64,000 nucleotides of DNA from Gammaproteobacteria bacterium (lineage in GTDB: Bacteria; Pseudomonadota; Gammaproteobacteria; S012-40), in NCBI GenBank assembly GCA_029884425.1, contig JAOUHV010000007.1, positions 11,358-75,357 on the forward strand, given 5' to 3'. Under the pieces are notes generated by a model. That model was not told the origin of the DNA. It did no database searches and saw only the letters and a program-made list of their open reading frames with translations. Shown piece after piece: positions 17,891 to 28,777 of this stretch (position 1 is its first letter; each line of letters opens with the position of its first letter). The translations under genes and the position numbers were made by a program.

Positions 17891-20590
17891 ATGGATTGTT
17901 TTAAAACTCGCAAGAAATTTTTGTGGCGCAAATCCCTGGTGGGATTTGCGCTTTCTGCGTTGCTGTTGCCTGGAGCAGCTTCTGCTTTGGGCATGGGCAA
18001 TATTCAGGTGAAATCCACCCTGCAGCAACCGCTGCAGGCACAAATTGAATTGTTGGATATTGATCCACAGCAACTGGATTATGTGCGGGTGAATCTGGCT
18101 GATCGTGCGTTGTTTACCCGCATGGGGTTGCAACGTACCGAGTTGCTGGAGCAGTTGAAATTCAATGTGCAAAAGCTCAAGGATGGACGTTACGTCATCG
18201 TGGTCAGCACGGAGAAACCGGTTGCTGAACCCTTTTTAAATTTTCTGATTGATGTGGATTGGGGTACAGGGCGCAGCTTCCGCGAATTTACCGTGCTGCT
18301 CGATCCGCCGGTGTTTCAAAGTGGTTCTGCGACTGCACCAGTGGTGGCACCAGAGGTTGTACCGTCGCGCGTAGTGACGACGCCTCCGCCAGCCGCTGAT
18401 GTTGCACCTTCCGCTCCAGCGGCGGCTGAGCCAGTTGCGTCTTCGCCGGTGGTCGCGGTTGCACCAACGTCGGCGCAAACAGCTGCAGCATCTGGCGCTG
18501 GTCAATTCCGTCTGCAAAAAGGTCCGGTCAAAAAAGGCCAGATGCTTTGGAATATTGCCAACGATGCGCGACCCAGCGACGTGTCGGTGAATCAGATGAT
18601 GCTGGCGTTGCTTAAGGAAAATCCCGACGCGTTTTTCGGTGACAACGTCAACATGCTCAAGGAAGGTTCGATCCTTCGCCTGAGCAGCGAGGACGCGGTG
18701 CGGATGTTTGGTTCGCGCGAAGCGATGCTAGAGATTGCCAAACAGAACAAAACCTGGTTGGAATATCGCCGTCAGTTGCAGGCGAACTCTGCCGTTGCCA
18801 GTGGCTCGGCCAGTGGCAAATTGCTTGGCGATCAGTCGGGCAGTGGGCAGGGCACTGGGGCAGCTCCGGTACAGCAAAAACGCCTGGAATTGGTGGCCCC
18901 CGAAGGTGACGATGCATCCCGTGCGGCGGTTGCCAGTGAAATCCAGCACCTGGAAAAACAAATTAATGAGCTGACCAATCAGTTGGCTATGTCGCGCGAA
19001 AGTGTGACGGCCGCCAAAGAAGAAAACAAAGAGCTGCGGACTCGCCTGGATGCGCTCAAGGAACAGATGACGGCGATGCAAAGCCTGATTGCGCTGAAGG
19101 ATCAGGAACTGGAAATGTTGCGTGCCCAGCCTGCACCGGATGCACAAGCGGGAGACCCGCTGCTGAGTCTGGATACGCCGCAACAGGATCAGCCACTGTC
19201 AGACAAGGCTGCCAACGAGAAAGTGGCAGAACCCAGTATCTGGCGTGACCCGCTGGTTCTGGCGACGCTCGGCGGGGTCGTGTTTTTGGTGATGTTGTTG
19301 GCTTGGATGTTGGGCCGCAATCGCAAGCGTGAGCAATCCCTGGATGATTTTGACAAACAAGTTGCCAAGCTTGCCAGCGATGAGCAAGACAGCGATTTTC
19401 GCCCGCAGGACAGCAAGTTTGTTCCCGAGGGTGCGCTGACAGAGGTTGCGCAGGATTCCGAACTTGAGCATTCAACGATTGCTGCCAGCAATGCGGCTGA
19501 CAGTGAACCATTAGGCGATTTTGCCCAAGGCAAAATGGTTGAAGTGGGCGAGGTGAAAACCTCTGCTGTGGATGCCTTGACCGAAGCCGATTTGTACATT
19601 GCCTACGAAAAATACGATAAGGCCAAGGAAGTGCTGAATGCCGCATTGGAGCGTGAGCCCGATGCGCTGACCTTGCGCTTGAAACGACTGGAAGTGTTGG
19701 CCTTGTTGCGAAATGCCGATGCGTTTGAGGAAGAAGCCGAGGAGATGTTTGCTGCGCTGGGTGGCAATGAACATCACCCCATGTGGCAGGCGGTGCTGGA
19801 ATACAGTCGCCACCTGCACAGCAGCAACCCGTTGTTTGATGATCACGAGTCTGAGCCGTCGCAGCAGCGTAGTCAATTTGTGGATCCGGCAATGGCATTG
19901 GTGGATCATCATTCACAAGCGGACAGCCACATTGCGGATTTGTCATTGGGTGACTTGCGCGATAAGGGCGACGTCGCCGTGCTGCAAGAAGAAGACAGCG
20001 TTGCCTTGCTGAGTGAGCTGGAGTCCATCGCGTCCGCCTTGGATGAAGTGCTGCAGGAAGAACGCAGCACAGGCTATATCCCTGTGGATATGGTTTCGCC
20101 AGGATCGGCAACGACCCAGTTCCCGGTCGAAGCATTTGAGCAGCCTGTTTCAGAGCCTGTGGCTCAGGAGTCGGAGACGCCAGCGGCATCGGACTATGAG
20201 GAGCTGGAGTGGCGGCCGGATGTGGTGACCGAACTGGTTCCTGGTCAGCCGCAGAGCGAAGTTGCGCAGGCACGTGATGAGGATTTTCGCGCGATTCGCG
20301 AAGCCTTGGAAGAGGTTGGTCTGGACGACGAACCGCATAGAAAAACTGGTGTGGCCGAACTTCAGGATTCGGATAATCTTGAGCCACTCAAGCAGGATGT
20401 AGATTCCGTGTATTTGTTAGATGATGAAGTAGGTAGTAAATTGGACTTGGCGCGAGCGTATCTGGAAATGGACGAGGACAAACGCGCCGAAGATTTACTG
20501 AGAGCGGTGCTGGAAGACGGCACTGAAAAGCAACAACAGGAAGCGACTGATTTGTTGCAGCTGATTGGCAAGGGATCGCAGCATTCTTGA
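17891..20590 (+). CDS. fimV: FimV/HubP polar landmark protein
   Basis: Signal peptide then ALGMGNIQVKSTLQQPL, LysM-like region (QMMLALLKENPDAF), coiled coil, TM, acidic region and C-terminal KLDLARAYLEM motif; follows asd; start codon uncertain. Confidence 0.92.
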   Translation: MDCFKTRKKFLWRKSLVGFALSALLLPGAASALGMGNIQVKSTLQQPLQAQIELLDIDPQQLDYVRVNLADRALFTRMGLQRTELLEQLKFNVQKLKDGRYVIVVSTEKPVAEPFLNFLIDVDWGTGRSFREFTVLLDPPVFQSGSATAPVVAPEVVPSRVVTTPPPAADVAPSAPAAAEPVASSPVVAVAPTSAQTAAASGAGQFRLQKGPVKKGQMLWNIANDARPSDVSVNQMMLALLKENPDAFFGDNVNMLKEGSILRLSSEDAVRMFGSREAMLEIAKQNKTWLEYRRQLQANSAVASGSASGKLLGDQSGSGQGTGAAPVQQKRLELVAPEGDDASRAAVASEIQHLEKQINELTNQLAMSRESVTAAKEENKELRTRLDALKEQMTAMQSLIALKDQELEMLRAQPAPDAQAGDPLLSLDTPQQDQPLSDKAANEKVAEPSIWRDPLVLATLGGVVFLVMLLAWMLGRNRKREQSLDDFDKQVAKLASDEQDSDFRPQDSKFVPEGALTEVAQDSELEHSTIAASNAADSEPLGDFAQGKMVEVGEVKTSAVDALTEADLYIAYEKYDKAKEVLNAALEREPDALTLRLKRLEVLALLRNADAFEEEAEEMFAALGGNEHHPMWQAVLEYSRHLHSSNPLFDDHESEPSQQRSQFVDPAMALVDHHSQADSHIADLSLGDLRDKGDVAVLQEEDSVALLSELESIASALDEVLQEERSTGYIPVDMVSPGSATTQFPVEAFEQPVSEPVAQESETPAASDYEELEWRPDVVTELVPGQPQSEVAQARDEDFRAIREALEEVGLDDEPHRKTGVAELQDSDNLEPLKQDVDSVYLLDDEVGSKLDLARAYLEMDEDKRAEDLLRAVLEDGTEKQQQEATDLLQLIGKGSQHS

Positions 20591-20612
20591 TTGTTGCGAT
20601 ACGAACCCGCAT

Positions 20613-20643
20613 AAAAAAGCCCGGCATTTGCCGGGCTTTTTTG
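20613..20643. terminator. Bidirectional intrinsic terminator
   Basis: AAAAAAGCCCGGCA-tt-TGCCGGGCTTTTTT. Confidence 0.85.
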
Positions 20644-20664
20644 TTGGTCTGTCACACGAGGCGT

Positions 20665-21882
20665 TTATGCCTCGAAGCGACGGAAGACCAGGCTGGCATT
20701 GGTACCGCCAAAGCCAAAGCTGTTGGACAACACGGTGTTCAGTCGTGCGTTGGTGATGGTTTCGCGAACCACGGGCACACCAGCAGCTTCGGGATCCAGC
20801 TCGGTGATGTTGGCGGACGCAGCGATAAAATCACCTGCCATCATCAGCAAGCAGTAGATGGCTTCGTGCACACCCGCTGCGCCCAGCGAATGACCGCTCA
20901 GTGACTTGGTGGAGGAAATCTTCGGAACCTTGTTGCCGAAAACTTCGCGCACGGCCTGAAGTTCTTTCATGTCGCCAGCAGGTGTGGACGTGCCATGGGC
21001 ATTGATGTAATCCACCGGGGTGTCGACCGTAGCCAGCGCCTGCTGCATGCAGCGCACCGCGCCCTCGCCGGAGGGTTGAACCATGTCGTAACCATCGGAC
21101 GTTGCGCCGTAGCCTACCAGTTCAGCGTAGATTTTCGCGCCACGGGCTTTGGCGTGTTCCAGTTCCTCAAGAACCAACATGCCACCGCCACCGGCGATCA
21201 CAAAACCATCGCGATTGGCGTCGTATGCGCGTGATGCGGTTGCGGGAGCCTCGTTGTACTTGGAAGATAGCGCACCCATGCCGTCAAACATGGCCGACAT
21301 GCTCCAGTCCAGTTCTTCGCCGCCACCGGCAAAAATCACGTCCTGTTTGCCCATCTGGATCAGTTCCATTGCGTTGCCAATGCAGTGAGCACTGGTTGAA
21401 CACGCGGAGCTGATGGAGTAGTTAACGCCCTTGATTTTGAATGGCGTGGCCAGACAAGCCGAGGTTGTCGAACCCATCGTCCGGGTCACCATGTACGGAC
21501 CTACGCGACGAATGCCTTTTTCACGCAGGGTATCGGCACACACCACGGTGTTGGAGGTGGAACCACCGCCAGAGCCGACAATCAAACCTGTACGGACGTT
21601 GGACACTTGATCCTCGCCCAGACCTGAGTCCTTGACCGCCTGATCCATCGCAATATATGCGTAGGCCGCTGCGTCCCCCATGAAGCGCAATAGTTTGCGA
21701 TCAACGAGTTCTTCAACGTTTATTTTGACCGGTGCATGCACATGGCTGCGAAAACCCATTTCTGCATAGGTTTCCGAAAACTCGATGCCGGATTTACCAT
21801 TTTTGAGGGAATCGGCGACTTCACTGGCATTATTGCCAATGCTGGAAACAATTCCGATTCCGGTGACTACTACACGTCTCAA
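20665..21882 (-). CDS. fabB: Beta-ketoacyl-ACP synthase I
   Basis: [33 protein letters not shown] and [10 protein letters not shown] motifs. Confidence 0.96.
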   Translation of the reverse strand: MRRVVVTGIGIVSSIGNNASEVADSLKNGKSGIEFSETYAEMGFRSHVHAPVKINVEELVDRKLLRFMGDAAAYAYIAMDQAVKDSGLGEDQVSNVRTGLIVGSGGGSTSNTVVCADTLREKGIRRVGPYMVTRTMGSTTSACLATPFKIKGVNYSISSACSTSAHCIGNAMELIQMGKQDVIFAGGGEELDWSMSAMFDGMGALSSKYNEAPATASRAYDANRDGFVIAGGGGMLVLEELEHAKARGAKIYAELVGYGATSDGYDMVQPSGEGAVRCMQQALATVDTPVDYINAHGTSTPAGDMKELQAVREVFGNKVPKISSTKSLSGHSLGAAGVHEAIYCLLMMAGDFIAASANITELDPEAAGVPVVRETITNARLNTVLSNSFGFGGTNASLVFRRFEA

Positions 21883-21893
21883 CTTGATCCCCT

Positions 21894-22409
21894 TTAGAAG
21901 TCATCAGTGGAGGTAAACAGCCCTACGCGCAAGCCGTTGGCGGTATAAATTTCTTTACCATCTGCTTCCAGGCTGGCGTCGGCAATACCCATCACAAGTT
22001 TACGCATGATAACGCGTTTGAGATTGATTCGGTAGGTAACCGTTTTAACTTTGGGGGTAACCTGACCTGTAAATTTTACTTCGTCTGAACCTAGGGCGCG
22101 ACCACGGCCTGGGCCGCCGATCCAACCCAGATAGAAGCCGACCAGCTGCCACATGGCATCCAGTCCCAAACAGCCGGGCATAACTGGGTCGTTTTCAAAG
22201 TGGCAGGCAAAAAACCACAGATCGGGAGTTATGTCCAATTCGGCAACGATTTCGCCTTTGCCGTATTTGCCACCGTCCTCGTTGATGACGGTAATGCGAT
22301 CAAACATAAGCATCGGCGGTAGTGGCAGTTGTGCGTTACCAGGGCCAAACAGCTCCCCATGCCCACATTGTAAAAGCTCTTCCCGGGTGTAGCTGCTTTT
22401 CTTTTCCAT
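21894..22409 (-). CDS. fabA: 3-hydroxyacyl-ACP dehydratase/isomerase FabA
   Basis: [12 protein letters not shown] and [24 protein letters not shown] motifs. Confidence 0.97.
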   Translation of the reverse strand: MEKKSSYTREELLQCGHGELFGPGNAQLPLPPMLMFDRITVINEDGGKYGKGEIVAELDITPDLWFFACHFENDPVMPGCLGLDAMWQLVGFYLGWIGGPGRGRALGSDEVKFTGQVTPKVKTVTYRINLKRVIMRKLVMGIADASLEADGKEIYTANGLRVGLFTSTDDF

Positions 22410-22539
22410 TGTCATCACTTCAAATATCGATAGGGTCTGCCGCGCAAAAATATGCGGCGGTGGCAAAAGCGGATAAGCTACCACAAAACGGCAATTTTTT
22501 TAAATAGAAGGCGCAATTTGTCGCGGTAAAGGTCAGAAA

Positions 22540-23376
22540 ATGAGCAAAAAAAGCCTTTCGGCTTTCCGTTGGCGAGATTGTTTGGCCAAACTGGACGTTC
22601 GCAACCCCGATCGCGCCGCGCGATTGATGATGGCGAGGTGGTTCAAGGTGGCCTCGTTGAGTATCAAATCGCACGAACTGCCGTGGCTGACGGAGGCTGA
22701 TCGGTGCGTGTGGGATACGCCTTGTGGTCAGCTTCCGGGATATTGCTGGCCGGGGATAGGTCAGCCCGTGTTGCTGCTACACGGTTGGGGTGGGCGCGCC
22801 AGTCAGATGGCATTTATTGGTCAGCAATTGTCTGCTGCGGACATTCCAAGTCTGGCGTTTGACGCGCCGGCTCATGGCGATGCCGGTGGCCGTCACAGCA
22901 CGGTGTTACAGATGGCGCAGGCGTTTGCGAATGTTGCGGCCAGCGTCGGCGGCATTCGGGCGGTGGTGACGCACTCGTACAGCGTGGGCGCGGTGTTGCT
23001 GGCGCACAAAGAGTTTGGGGTTCGGTTCGACAAAATGGTGGCGATCAGCCCTTCGGCCTATCCACTTGCGCGATTTGACGAGTTTGTGCGACCACTGGCG
23101 CTCAGTGAAGCAACCTTGCAGGCGTTTGAAAAATTACTGGCACGACGCATGGGGGCGCACTGGTGGCAGCGGATTGCGCCACTGAATAACGTGGCCCAGT
23201 GTCAGGCGCAAGGGCTGATTATTCACGACAGACAGGACGGTATTGTGCCCCTGGCCGAAGCCAGTGCCTTGCAGCAGCATTGGCCTGGTTCGCAGTTGGT
23301 GCAAACCGATGGCTTGGGGCATATTCGGATTTTGTCTGCGCCAGTGGTGGCGCAGACCATACGGGAATTTTTATGA
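22540..23376 (+). CDS. Alpha/beta fold hydrolase
   Basis: LLHGWGG, FDAPAHG, THSYS nucleophile elbow, HDRQD and GLGH. Confidence 0.85.
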   Translation: MSKKSLSAFRWRDCLAKLDVRNPDRAARLMMARWFKVASLSIKSHELPWLTEADRCVWDTPCGQLPGYCWPGIGQPVLLLHGWGGRASQMAFIGQQLSAADIPSLAFDAPAHGDAGGRHSTVLQMAQAFANVAASVGGIRAVVTHSYSVGAVLLAHKEFGVRFDKMVAISPSAYPLARFDEFVRPLALSEATLQAFEKLLARRMGAHWWQRIAPLNNVAQCQAQGLIIHDRQDGIVPLAEASALQQHWPGSQLVQTDGLGHIRILSAPVVAQTIREFL

Positions 23377-24222
23377 AAAATTGGCTTCGGCGGTTTCAAC
23401 CGTGTTGTACATCAACATGGCGACGGTCATCGGGCCGACGCCGCCAGGGACGGGGGTAATCCAGCCGGCGCGCTTTTCGGCAGTCGCAAAATCCACGTCA
23501 CCTTCCAGCTTGCCAGATTCCAGGCGATGAATGCCGATGTCGATCACGACCGCGCCTTCCTTGATCCATTCACCTTTGATCAGGCGGTGTTTGCCGGCGG
23601 CGGCGACCAGAATATCGGCCTGTGCCACGTGCCCAGCCAGGTCGGTGGTGAAGCGGTGACAGGTCGTGACTGTGGCGCCTGCCAGCAACAATTCCAGCGA
23701 CACAGGGCGGCCGACGTGGTTGGAGGCACCCACCACCACGGCATGTTTGCCCTTGGCAGTGATGCCGGCAAATTCGAGCAGCTTCATCACGCCAAACGGT
23801 GTGCACGAGCGCAGGGTTGGCGAACGGGTGGCCAGTCGGCCAATGTTATAGGGATGGAAACCATCGACATCCTTTTCGGGGCGGATGGTCTCGATTACTT
23901 TCTCAAAATTGATGTGCGCGGGCAGCGGTGCCTGAACCAGAATGCCGTGGACGGAGTTGTCCAGATTCAGTTCATCAATTAGCTTGAGCAATTCCGCTTC
24001 GCTGGTGCTGGCGGGCAAGCGATACGAGGTGGAAATGATGCCGACGTCTTTGCAGGCATTTTCCTTATTGTGGACATAAACCTTGGAGGCAGGATCTTCA
24101 CCGATCAGAATGACGGCCAGGCCAGGGGCTGATTTGCCGGCCGCAATGCGAGCGCGTACCCGCTCTGCCAATTGTTCCCGGATTTTTTGAGAAATTGCTT
24201 TGCCATCAATAAGTTTTGCCAT
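23371..24222 (-). CDS. folD: Methylenetetrahydrofolate dehydrogenase/cyclohydrolase
   Basis: [19 protein letters not shown] and [12 protein letters not shown] motifs; start at ATG 24222. Confidence 0.97.
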   Translation of the reverse strand: MAKLIDGKAISQKIREQLAERVRARIAAGKSAPGLAVILIGEDPASKVYVHNKENACKDVGIISTSYRLPASTSEAELLKLIDELNLDNSVHGILVQAPLPAHINFEKVIETIRPEKDVDGFHPYNIGRLATRSPTLRSCTPFGVMKLLEFAGITAKGKHAVVVGASNHVGRPVSLELLLAGATVTTCHRFTTDLAGHVAQADILVAAAGKHRLIKGEWIKEGAVVIDIGIHRLESGKLEGDVDFATAEKRAGWITPVPGGVGPMTVAMLMYNTVETAEANFS

Positions 24223-24377
24223 GGTGTATCCTGGATAAAAAGTGCGATTGTAACGGTGGATGGGCGAAAAGGCCCATAGTTTCGCATGGCAATGACCTAA
24301 GGCCAAGACTCTAAACAAAAAATTGACGCTGTTTTGATCGAACGCGCTGATTTTGTGAAAAAAGGCGAATATTTTCA

Positions 24378-24406
24378 TTGACCTCAACCCGAATGCGACC
24401 TATCAT
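24378..24406 (+). promoter_or_regulatory. Sigma70 promoter of the tRNA operon
   Basis: TTGACC-N17-TATCAT followed by a GC-rich discriminator (GCCCCGC). Confidence 0.75.
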
Positions 24407-24446
24407 TTGCCCCGCTTTACAGCACAGGCCGGTAGGCCGAAAACGT

Positions 24447-24523
24447 CGGGGTATAGCGCAGTCTGGTAGCGCGTCTGCTTTGGGAGCAGAATGTCGGGAG
24501 TTCGAATCTCTCTACCCCGACCA
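24447..24523 (+). tRNA. tRNA-Pro(TGG)
   Basis: Cloverleaf with anticodon arm TCTGC-TT-TGG-GA-GCAGA, GTTCGAATC and encoded CCA. Confidence 0.97.
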
Positions 24524-24554
24524 CTTTTTTTTACACCTCGCAGGTTTAAACATT

Positions 24555-24631
24555 GCGCCCGTAGCTCACTCGGATAGAGCATCGGCCTTCTAAGCCGAGG
24601 GTAGCAGGTTCGAATCCTGCCGGGCGCGCCA
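24555..24631 (+). tRNA. tRNA-Arg(TCT)
   Basis: Anticodon arm TCGGC-CT-TCT-AA-GCCGA, A20 identity base and encoded CCA. Confidence 0.96.
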
Positions 24632-24640
24632 TAAGTTTAT

Positions 24641-24717
24641 GGTGGCTATAGCTCAGTCGGTAGAGCCCCGGATTGTGATTCCGGTTGTCGTGGGTTCGAG
24701 CCCCATTAGCCACCCCA
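24641..24717 (+). tRNA. tRNA-His(GTG)
   Basis: G-1, anticodon arm CCGGA-TT-GTG-AT-TCCGG, C73 and encoded CCA. Confidence 0.97.
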
Positions 24718-24724
24718 TTTTCTG

Positions 24725-24753
24725 AAAAGCCGACCTCTAGGTCGGCTTTTTTT
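24725..24753 (+). terminator. Intrinsic terminator of the tRNA operon
   Basis: AAAAGCCGACC-tcta-GGTCGGCTTTTTTT. Confidence 0.88.
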
Positions 24754-24795
24754 ATGTCCGCAAAATTTCCGTAATCTGATCGAAGTGTCCAATCC

Positions 24796-25209
24796 GTGCT
24801 GAAAATCTCCAACAAAGTGATGATCTTTGACCACGAACTGGAGTGGAGCTTCATTCGCGCCCAGGGGGCGGGTGGTCAGCACGTCAATAAAACCTCCAGC
24901 GCGGTGCAATTACACTTCAATATCGTTCACTCCTCTTTGCCAGAATTGTATAAGCAGCGATTGCTGGCGTTCAGTGATCAGCGCATCACCAAGGATGGCG
25001 TTATCGTCATCAAGGCGCAGGAGCATCGCAGTCAGTTGCAGAATAAAGAGGATGCGCTGCTGCGGCTCAAAGAGTTAATCGAGCAGGCAACGGTGGTGCA
25101 GAAAACCCGTAGGGCAACCAAGCCCACCCGCAGTTCGCAGAAACGGCGAATGGACAGCAAGAGCAAGCGGGGAGAAGTGAAAAAAATGCGCGGGAGGGTG
25201 GACGACTGA
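24796..25209 (+). CDS. arfB: Alternative ribosome rescue factor ArfB
   Basis: [12 protein letters not shown] (GGQ) motif and basic tail RRATKPT. Confidence 0.94.
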   Translation: MLKISNKVMIFDHELEWSFIRAQGAGGQHVNKTSSAVQLHFNIVHSSLPELYKQRLLAFSDQRITKDGVIVIKAQEHRSQLQNKEDALLRLKELIEQATVVQKTRRATKPTRSSQKRRMDSKSKRGEVKKMRGRVDD

Positions 25210-25486
25210 TTTTTCTCTGCTTCAACAAGCCATCTGTCGCGTTGCCGAATCAAGGCGAGCACAAAAACTAGCCAAGCTCACGGGGTTGGCTTGCATCCGG
25301 GATTAAACACCTGTTCAATATACGCCTTTTATTGGCATGGTTATTTCAAAGGGTTTGAGGTGTTGTCGCAGCGGTCACTGCTCAAGTGGCGTTGCAGGCG
25401 GTGTCGGTTGACGCAGATCAGAACGATGGAAGTTTGATCGGCACAGCCTGGACGCTTACTCAAATCTCAACGGATTGGGCAAAAAT

Positions 25487-25993
25487 ATGTTTGAAATCAG
25501 AGACTATCATCGGGATGACGCCTTGCAGCTGGATGCCTTGGCGGTCAGGGCGATTGAGCAACACCAAGCGATTTACCACGAGTTACCTGAAGGTGCAGAC
25601 AAGATGAAGCACTACTCCTCGCTGTCTGACAGCATGCAGATTGTCGTTGCGACCAAACAGCAGCGGATCGTCGGGACGGTGGGGTATGTGCCCGCTAACA
25701 TGGAGCGAACCGGAATTTTTTCGACCAGAACCCCGATTGTGCGAATGCTGGTGGTGGACCCAGAGCAGCTTGGCAGTGGCGTCGACAAGGCGCTGGCCAA
25801 AGAATGCATGTGTCGTGCGCTGCGAGAAGGATGCGACAGTATTGCTCTTCATATCAGTTCCATGATGAGTGTGAGCACGCGCATTGCCCGGCGCACCGGA
25901 ATGGAGTTTGACGAGGCAGCCAATGACGATGAAACCGAAGGGGTGGAGTACGCGATCTATCAGCTGCCTTTGACGGCAGTTGGCGATCAATGA
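25487..25993 (+). CDS. GNAT family N-acetyltransferase
   Basis: EIRDY, RIVGTVGY and VRMLVVDPEQLGSGV (degenerate motif A). Confidence 0.72.
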   Translation: MFEIRDYHRDDALQLDALAVRAIEQHQAIYHELPEGADKMKHYSSLSDSMQIVVATKQQRIVGTVGYVPANMERTGIFSTRTPIVRMLVVDPEQLGSGVDKALAKECMCRALREGCDSIALHISSMMSVSTRIARRTGMEFDEAANDDETEGVEYAIYQLPLTAVGDQ

Positions 25994-26114
25994 CGCTGCG
26001 GAATGAAGCGGTTGGACATCTGCCAAGGCAGGAGTAGAATGGTCGGCGGTGTTCCCATGGATGCGCGGTTTTTGCGATGGGAAGTAGTCAAATCAAACAG
26101 TTACGGGTGTTTTT

Positions 26115-26393
26115 ATGCTTGGGTTGTTCCGCAAGATTGCTCTGCTCGAAGGGATTTCTTTTTTGTTGCTGCTGTTCGTGGCAATGCCGATGAAGCATAT
26201 CTATGGCATACCTGAGGCGGTCAAGCTGGCCGGCTGGGTCCATGGTTTACTGTTTATTGCATTTGCGTTTCTGCTGGTGAAGGTGAGCAACGAGCGGCAG
26301 TGGTCTGACAAGTTTTCGTTCCTGGTGTTTGTGTCCGGAATCGTGCCCTTCGCTACGTTCTTCATGGATCGCAAGCTCAAGGCCATGCCCTGA
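26115..26393 (+). CDS. DUF3817 family membrane protein
   Basis: IALLEGISFLLLLFVAMPMK, GWVHGLLF and VPFATF motifs. Confidence 0.85.
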   Translation: MLGLFRKIALLEGISFLLLLFVAMPMKHIYGIPEAVKLAGWVHGLLFIAFAFLLVKVSNERQWSDKFSFLVFVSGIVPFATFFMDRKLKAMP

Positions 26394-26527
26394 TGCAGAA
26401 TTCGGGGCTGGGCAGCATTTTGATGCTGGTCGAGGTGATTGGGTTTGTTTTTATCGCGGGATTGTTTATTGCGATGTTTCTGCTCAAGCGCAAAGTAAAA
26501 AAACGCTCGAAACAAACTGACGCCTGA
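26393..26527 (+). CDS. 44-aa single-pass membrane protein (not in the ORF track)
   Basis: MQNSGLGSILMLVEVIGFVFIAGLFIAMFLLKRKVKKRSKQTDA*; TGATG overlaps with both neighbours. Confidence 0.7.
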   Translation: MQNSGLGSILMLVEVIGFVFIAGLFIAMFLLKRKVKKRSKQTDA

Positions 26528-27156
26528 TGCAATACCAAATTATTCCTGTTACCCCTTATCAGCAAAACTGTTCGTTGATTTCGTGTCCACAAACGGCTGT
26601 GTCGGCGTTTGTCGACCCCGGTGGGGATATTGATCGCTTGGTAGATGCGCTGCAAAAGTCTGCGACGAACTTACAAAAAATTTTGCTGACACATGGTCAT
26701 CTGGATCATGTGGGCGCTGCGCGATTGCTGGCGGATCGATTTGGTGTGCCGATTATAGGTCCTCATTCGGCGGATGCCTATTGGCTGCAAGCACTGGGGC
26801 AACAGGCGCAGATGTTTGGTTTTGAGGATCTCGCGCCGTTTCTGCCGGACCAATGGTTAAATGATGGCGACACGGTGCAAGTGGGTGAGCAGGTGTTGTC
26901 GGTACTGCACACGCCGGGTCATACGCCGGGGCATGTGGTTTTTTATCATCGAGAAAATCAACTCGCGTTTGTCGGTGACGTGCTGTTTCAAAGCTCCATC
27001 GGTCGTACCGATTTTCCCGGTGGCGACTACGATACGCTGATTCACAGTATCAAGCACAAATTGTTGCCACTGGGTGATGACGTGTCATTCGTGCCGGGCC
27101 ATGGTCCAATGTCTACGTTCGGTAAAGAACGCCTGCACAATCCATTTCTAAAATAG
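26527..27156 (+). CDS. MBL-fold metallohydrolase, YcbL/GloC-like glyoxalase II family
   Basis: THGHLDH, PGHTPGH, GDVLFQSSIGRTDFPGG and PGHGP motifs. Confidence 0.92.
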   Translation: MQYQIIPVTPYQQNCSLISCPQTAVSAFVDPGGDIDRLVDALQKSATNLQKILLTHGHLDHVGAARLLADRFGVPIIGPHSADAYWLQALGQQAQMFGFEDLAPFLPDQWLNDGDTVQVGEQVLSVLHTPGHTPGHVVFYHRENQLAFVGDVLFQSSIGRTDFPGGDYDTLIHSIKHKLLPLGDDVSFVPGHGPMSTFGKERLHNPFLK

Positions 27157-27193
27157 TCATATCATCGTCTGCTCGGCGCTTTTCGCGGCAGCG

Positions 27194-28777
27194 CTACACA
27201 ACAACAGCATTTTCGACATCGATTTCCTGGCTGGCTTCGATCATCGGCAACAGCAACTGGAAGCTGGTTCCGCCCTCTGGTGGCGTGTGCAACAGAATGT
27301 GTCCACCAAAATTATGAATAATGCCATGAACCATGGACAGGCCCATGCCCGAACCTTTGCCTACCGGTTTGGTGGTGTAAAAGGGTTCAAAAATCCGATC
27401 TTTTTGTGCTGCATCAATGCCGGGACCATTGTCACTAATCTGGATGCTAACGTAATTTCTTCGGCCGATATGTTCGTGGCAGGAAGCGCAATACTGGTTT
27501 TCGATGACGGTATGCTTCAATTCGATGGAAATGTTTCCCTTGTTGTGCAAAGCATCGCGGGCGTTGATGGCTAAATTTAATATTGCTTGGCCAAGGGCAA
27601 CCGAGTGAGCCTGAACCGTATGCGGGCCTTCTGTGACAGTTGTATTCAGTATGATACTGGCAGGAAGCGTGGGTTTTAACAGTGAGATAGCATCATCCAA
27701 TACTGCACCAGCGTCGGTTTTTTCTGACCGTATTTCCTGGCCACGACTAAAAGCGAGCATTTGTTTGACCAATTTTTGTGCTTTGGTTGCCGCACTGTAG
27801 ACTTCAGTGAGGTAATCCTCAATTTTATTGATGCCCCCTCTTCGCAAACAATCCTGGCTAAGCTGGGTGTATCCCAGGACCGAAGTGAGGATGTTGTTGA
27901 AGTCGTGTGCGATGCCACCGGTGAGCTGACCGATGGATTCCATTTTTTGTGCTTGCTGCAACTGCCGGATGAGCATCTGATGCTGCAGTTCGGATTCTTT
28001 TCGTTCGGTAATATCAAGGGCGATAGAACCAACCGCAGAGACACTATCCTCTTCAAGGATTGGGAACTTAATGGAGTGATAAGTCCGGGTAATGCTGTTG
28101 TTTAGCTCTACGGTTTCCTCTATTTCGACCGGCTGTAGAAAATTGATGGCACATTTCTCAGTGCGGGTTAAACCGGAGCCATCAGGTTCTTCAGTGGCAG
28201 TATTGGGTCTTAGTTTCATAGCCGCGTCATATTGCTTGTTGGTTAATATGAGGTTGCCATCGGTATCCTTGAGTGAAATGAGCAGAGGGGCATTGTCCAA
28301 AATGGATTTAAGTCGAGTCTCGCTTTGCTGCAGCGATTTTTCAGTAGTGAGACGTTTGTCGATTTCATTTTGTAACGCAACTTCCCGATTGGTTCTGGAG
28401 CTAACATCAATAATTTGAACTAGACACATGGGCTCTCCTTCCTGGTGAAGTGGCAGGATGGAAATGTCTTGTTGGATGGGGTCTTGCGGTGCGCTTTTGT
28501 GTCGATAGAGCATCAATGGAGAGCCGTGAAAGACCGTGGATAAAAAAATCGGCGTTGAGGATTTCAGGGATTCTTGTATGGCAGAGTAGAGCCTGCTGTC
28601 ATTGGCTTCTGGAAATAACTCTAATAAATGTTTTCCCAATGCATCATCGAGTGAATACGGATAATGTTTTTTGAACCACTGGTTGGCGTACCGAATGGAG
28701 CAGTTATGATCAACGATGAGTAATCCCACGTTGATGGAATGAAAAACTTTATCGAAAATTGCAGAAGAGGAGGTCAT
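27194..28777 (-). CDS. Cytoplasmic PAS-PAS histidine kinase with no receiver domain
   Basis: Two PAS-like segments; H box GGIAHDFNN, N box NARDA, DNGPG, FEPFYTTK and GSGMGL. Confidence 0.92.
   Translation of the reverse strand: MTSSSAIFDKVFHSINVGLLIVDHNCSIRYANQWFKKHYPYSLDDALGKHLLELFPEANDSRLYSAIQESLKSSTPIFLSTVFHGSPLMLYRHKSAPQDPIQQDISILPLHQEGEPMCLVQIIDVSSRTNREVALQNEIDKRLTTEKSLQQSETRLKSILDNAPLLISLKDTDGNLILTNKQYDAAMKLRPNTATEEPDGSGLTRTEKCAINFLQPVEIEETVELNNSITRTYHSIKFPILEEDSVSAVGSIALDITERKESELQHQMLIRQLQQAQKMESIGQLTGGIAHDFNNILTSVLGYTQLSQDCLRRGGINKIEDYLTEVYSAATKAQKLVKQMLAFSRGQEIRSEKTDAGAVLDDAISLLKPTLPASIILNTTVTEGPHTVQAHSVALGQAILNLAINARDALHNKGNISIELKHTVIENQYCASCHEHIGRRNYVSIQISDNGPGIDAAQKDRIFEPFYTTKPVGKGSGMGLSMVHGIIHNFGGHILLHTPPEGGTSFQLLLPMIEASQEIDVENAVVV

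Noticed and set aside
19056..20387. 443-aa antisense ORF within fimV, and similar shadow ORFs elsewhere
   Set aside because: Pro/Arg/Ala-rich sequences with no recognisable motifs, overlapping well-supported genes
24447..24800. tRNA cluster as the integration site of an island
   Set aside because: No integrase and no duplicated tRNA 3' end seen; ordinary genes follow
27476..27490. CxxCH as evidence that the kinases are c-type cytochromes
   Set aside because: The motif lies in a cytoplasmic ATPase domain; kept only as a possible metal or redox motif
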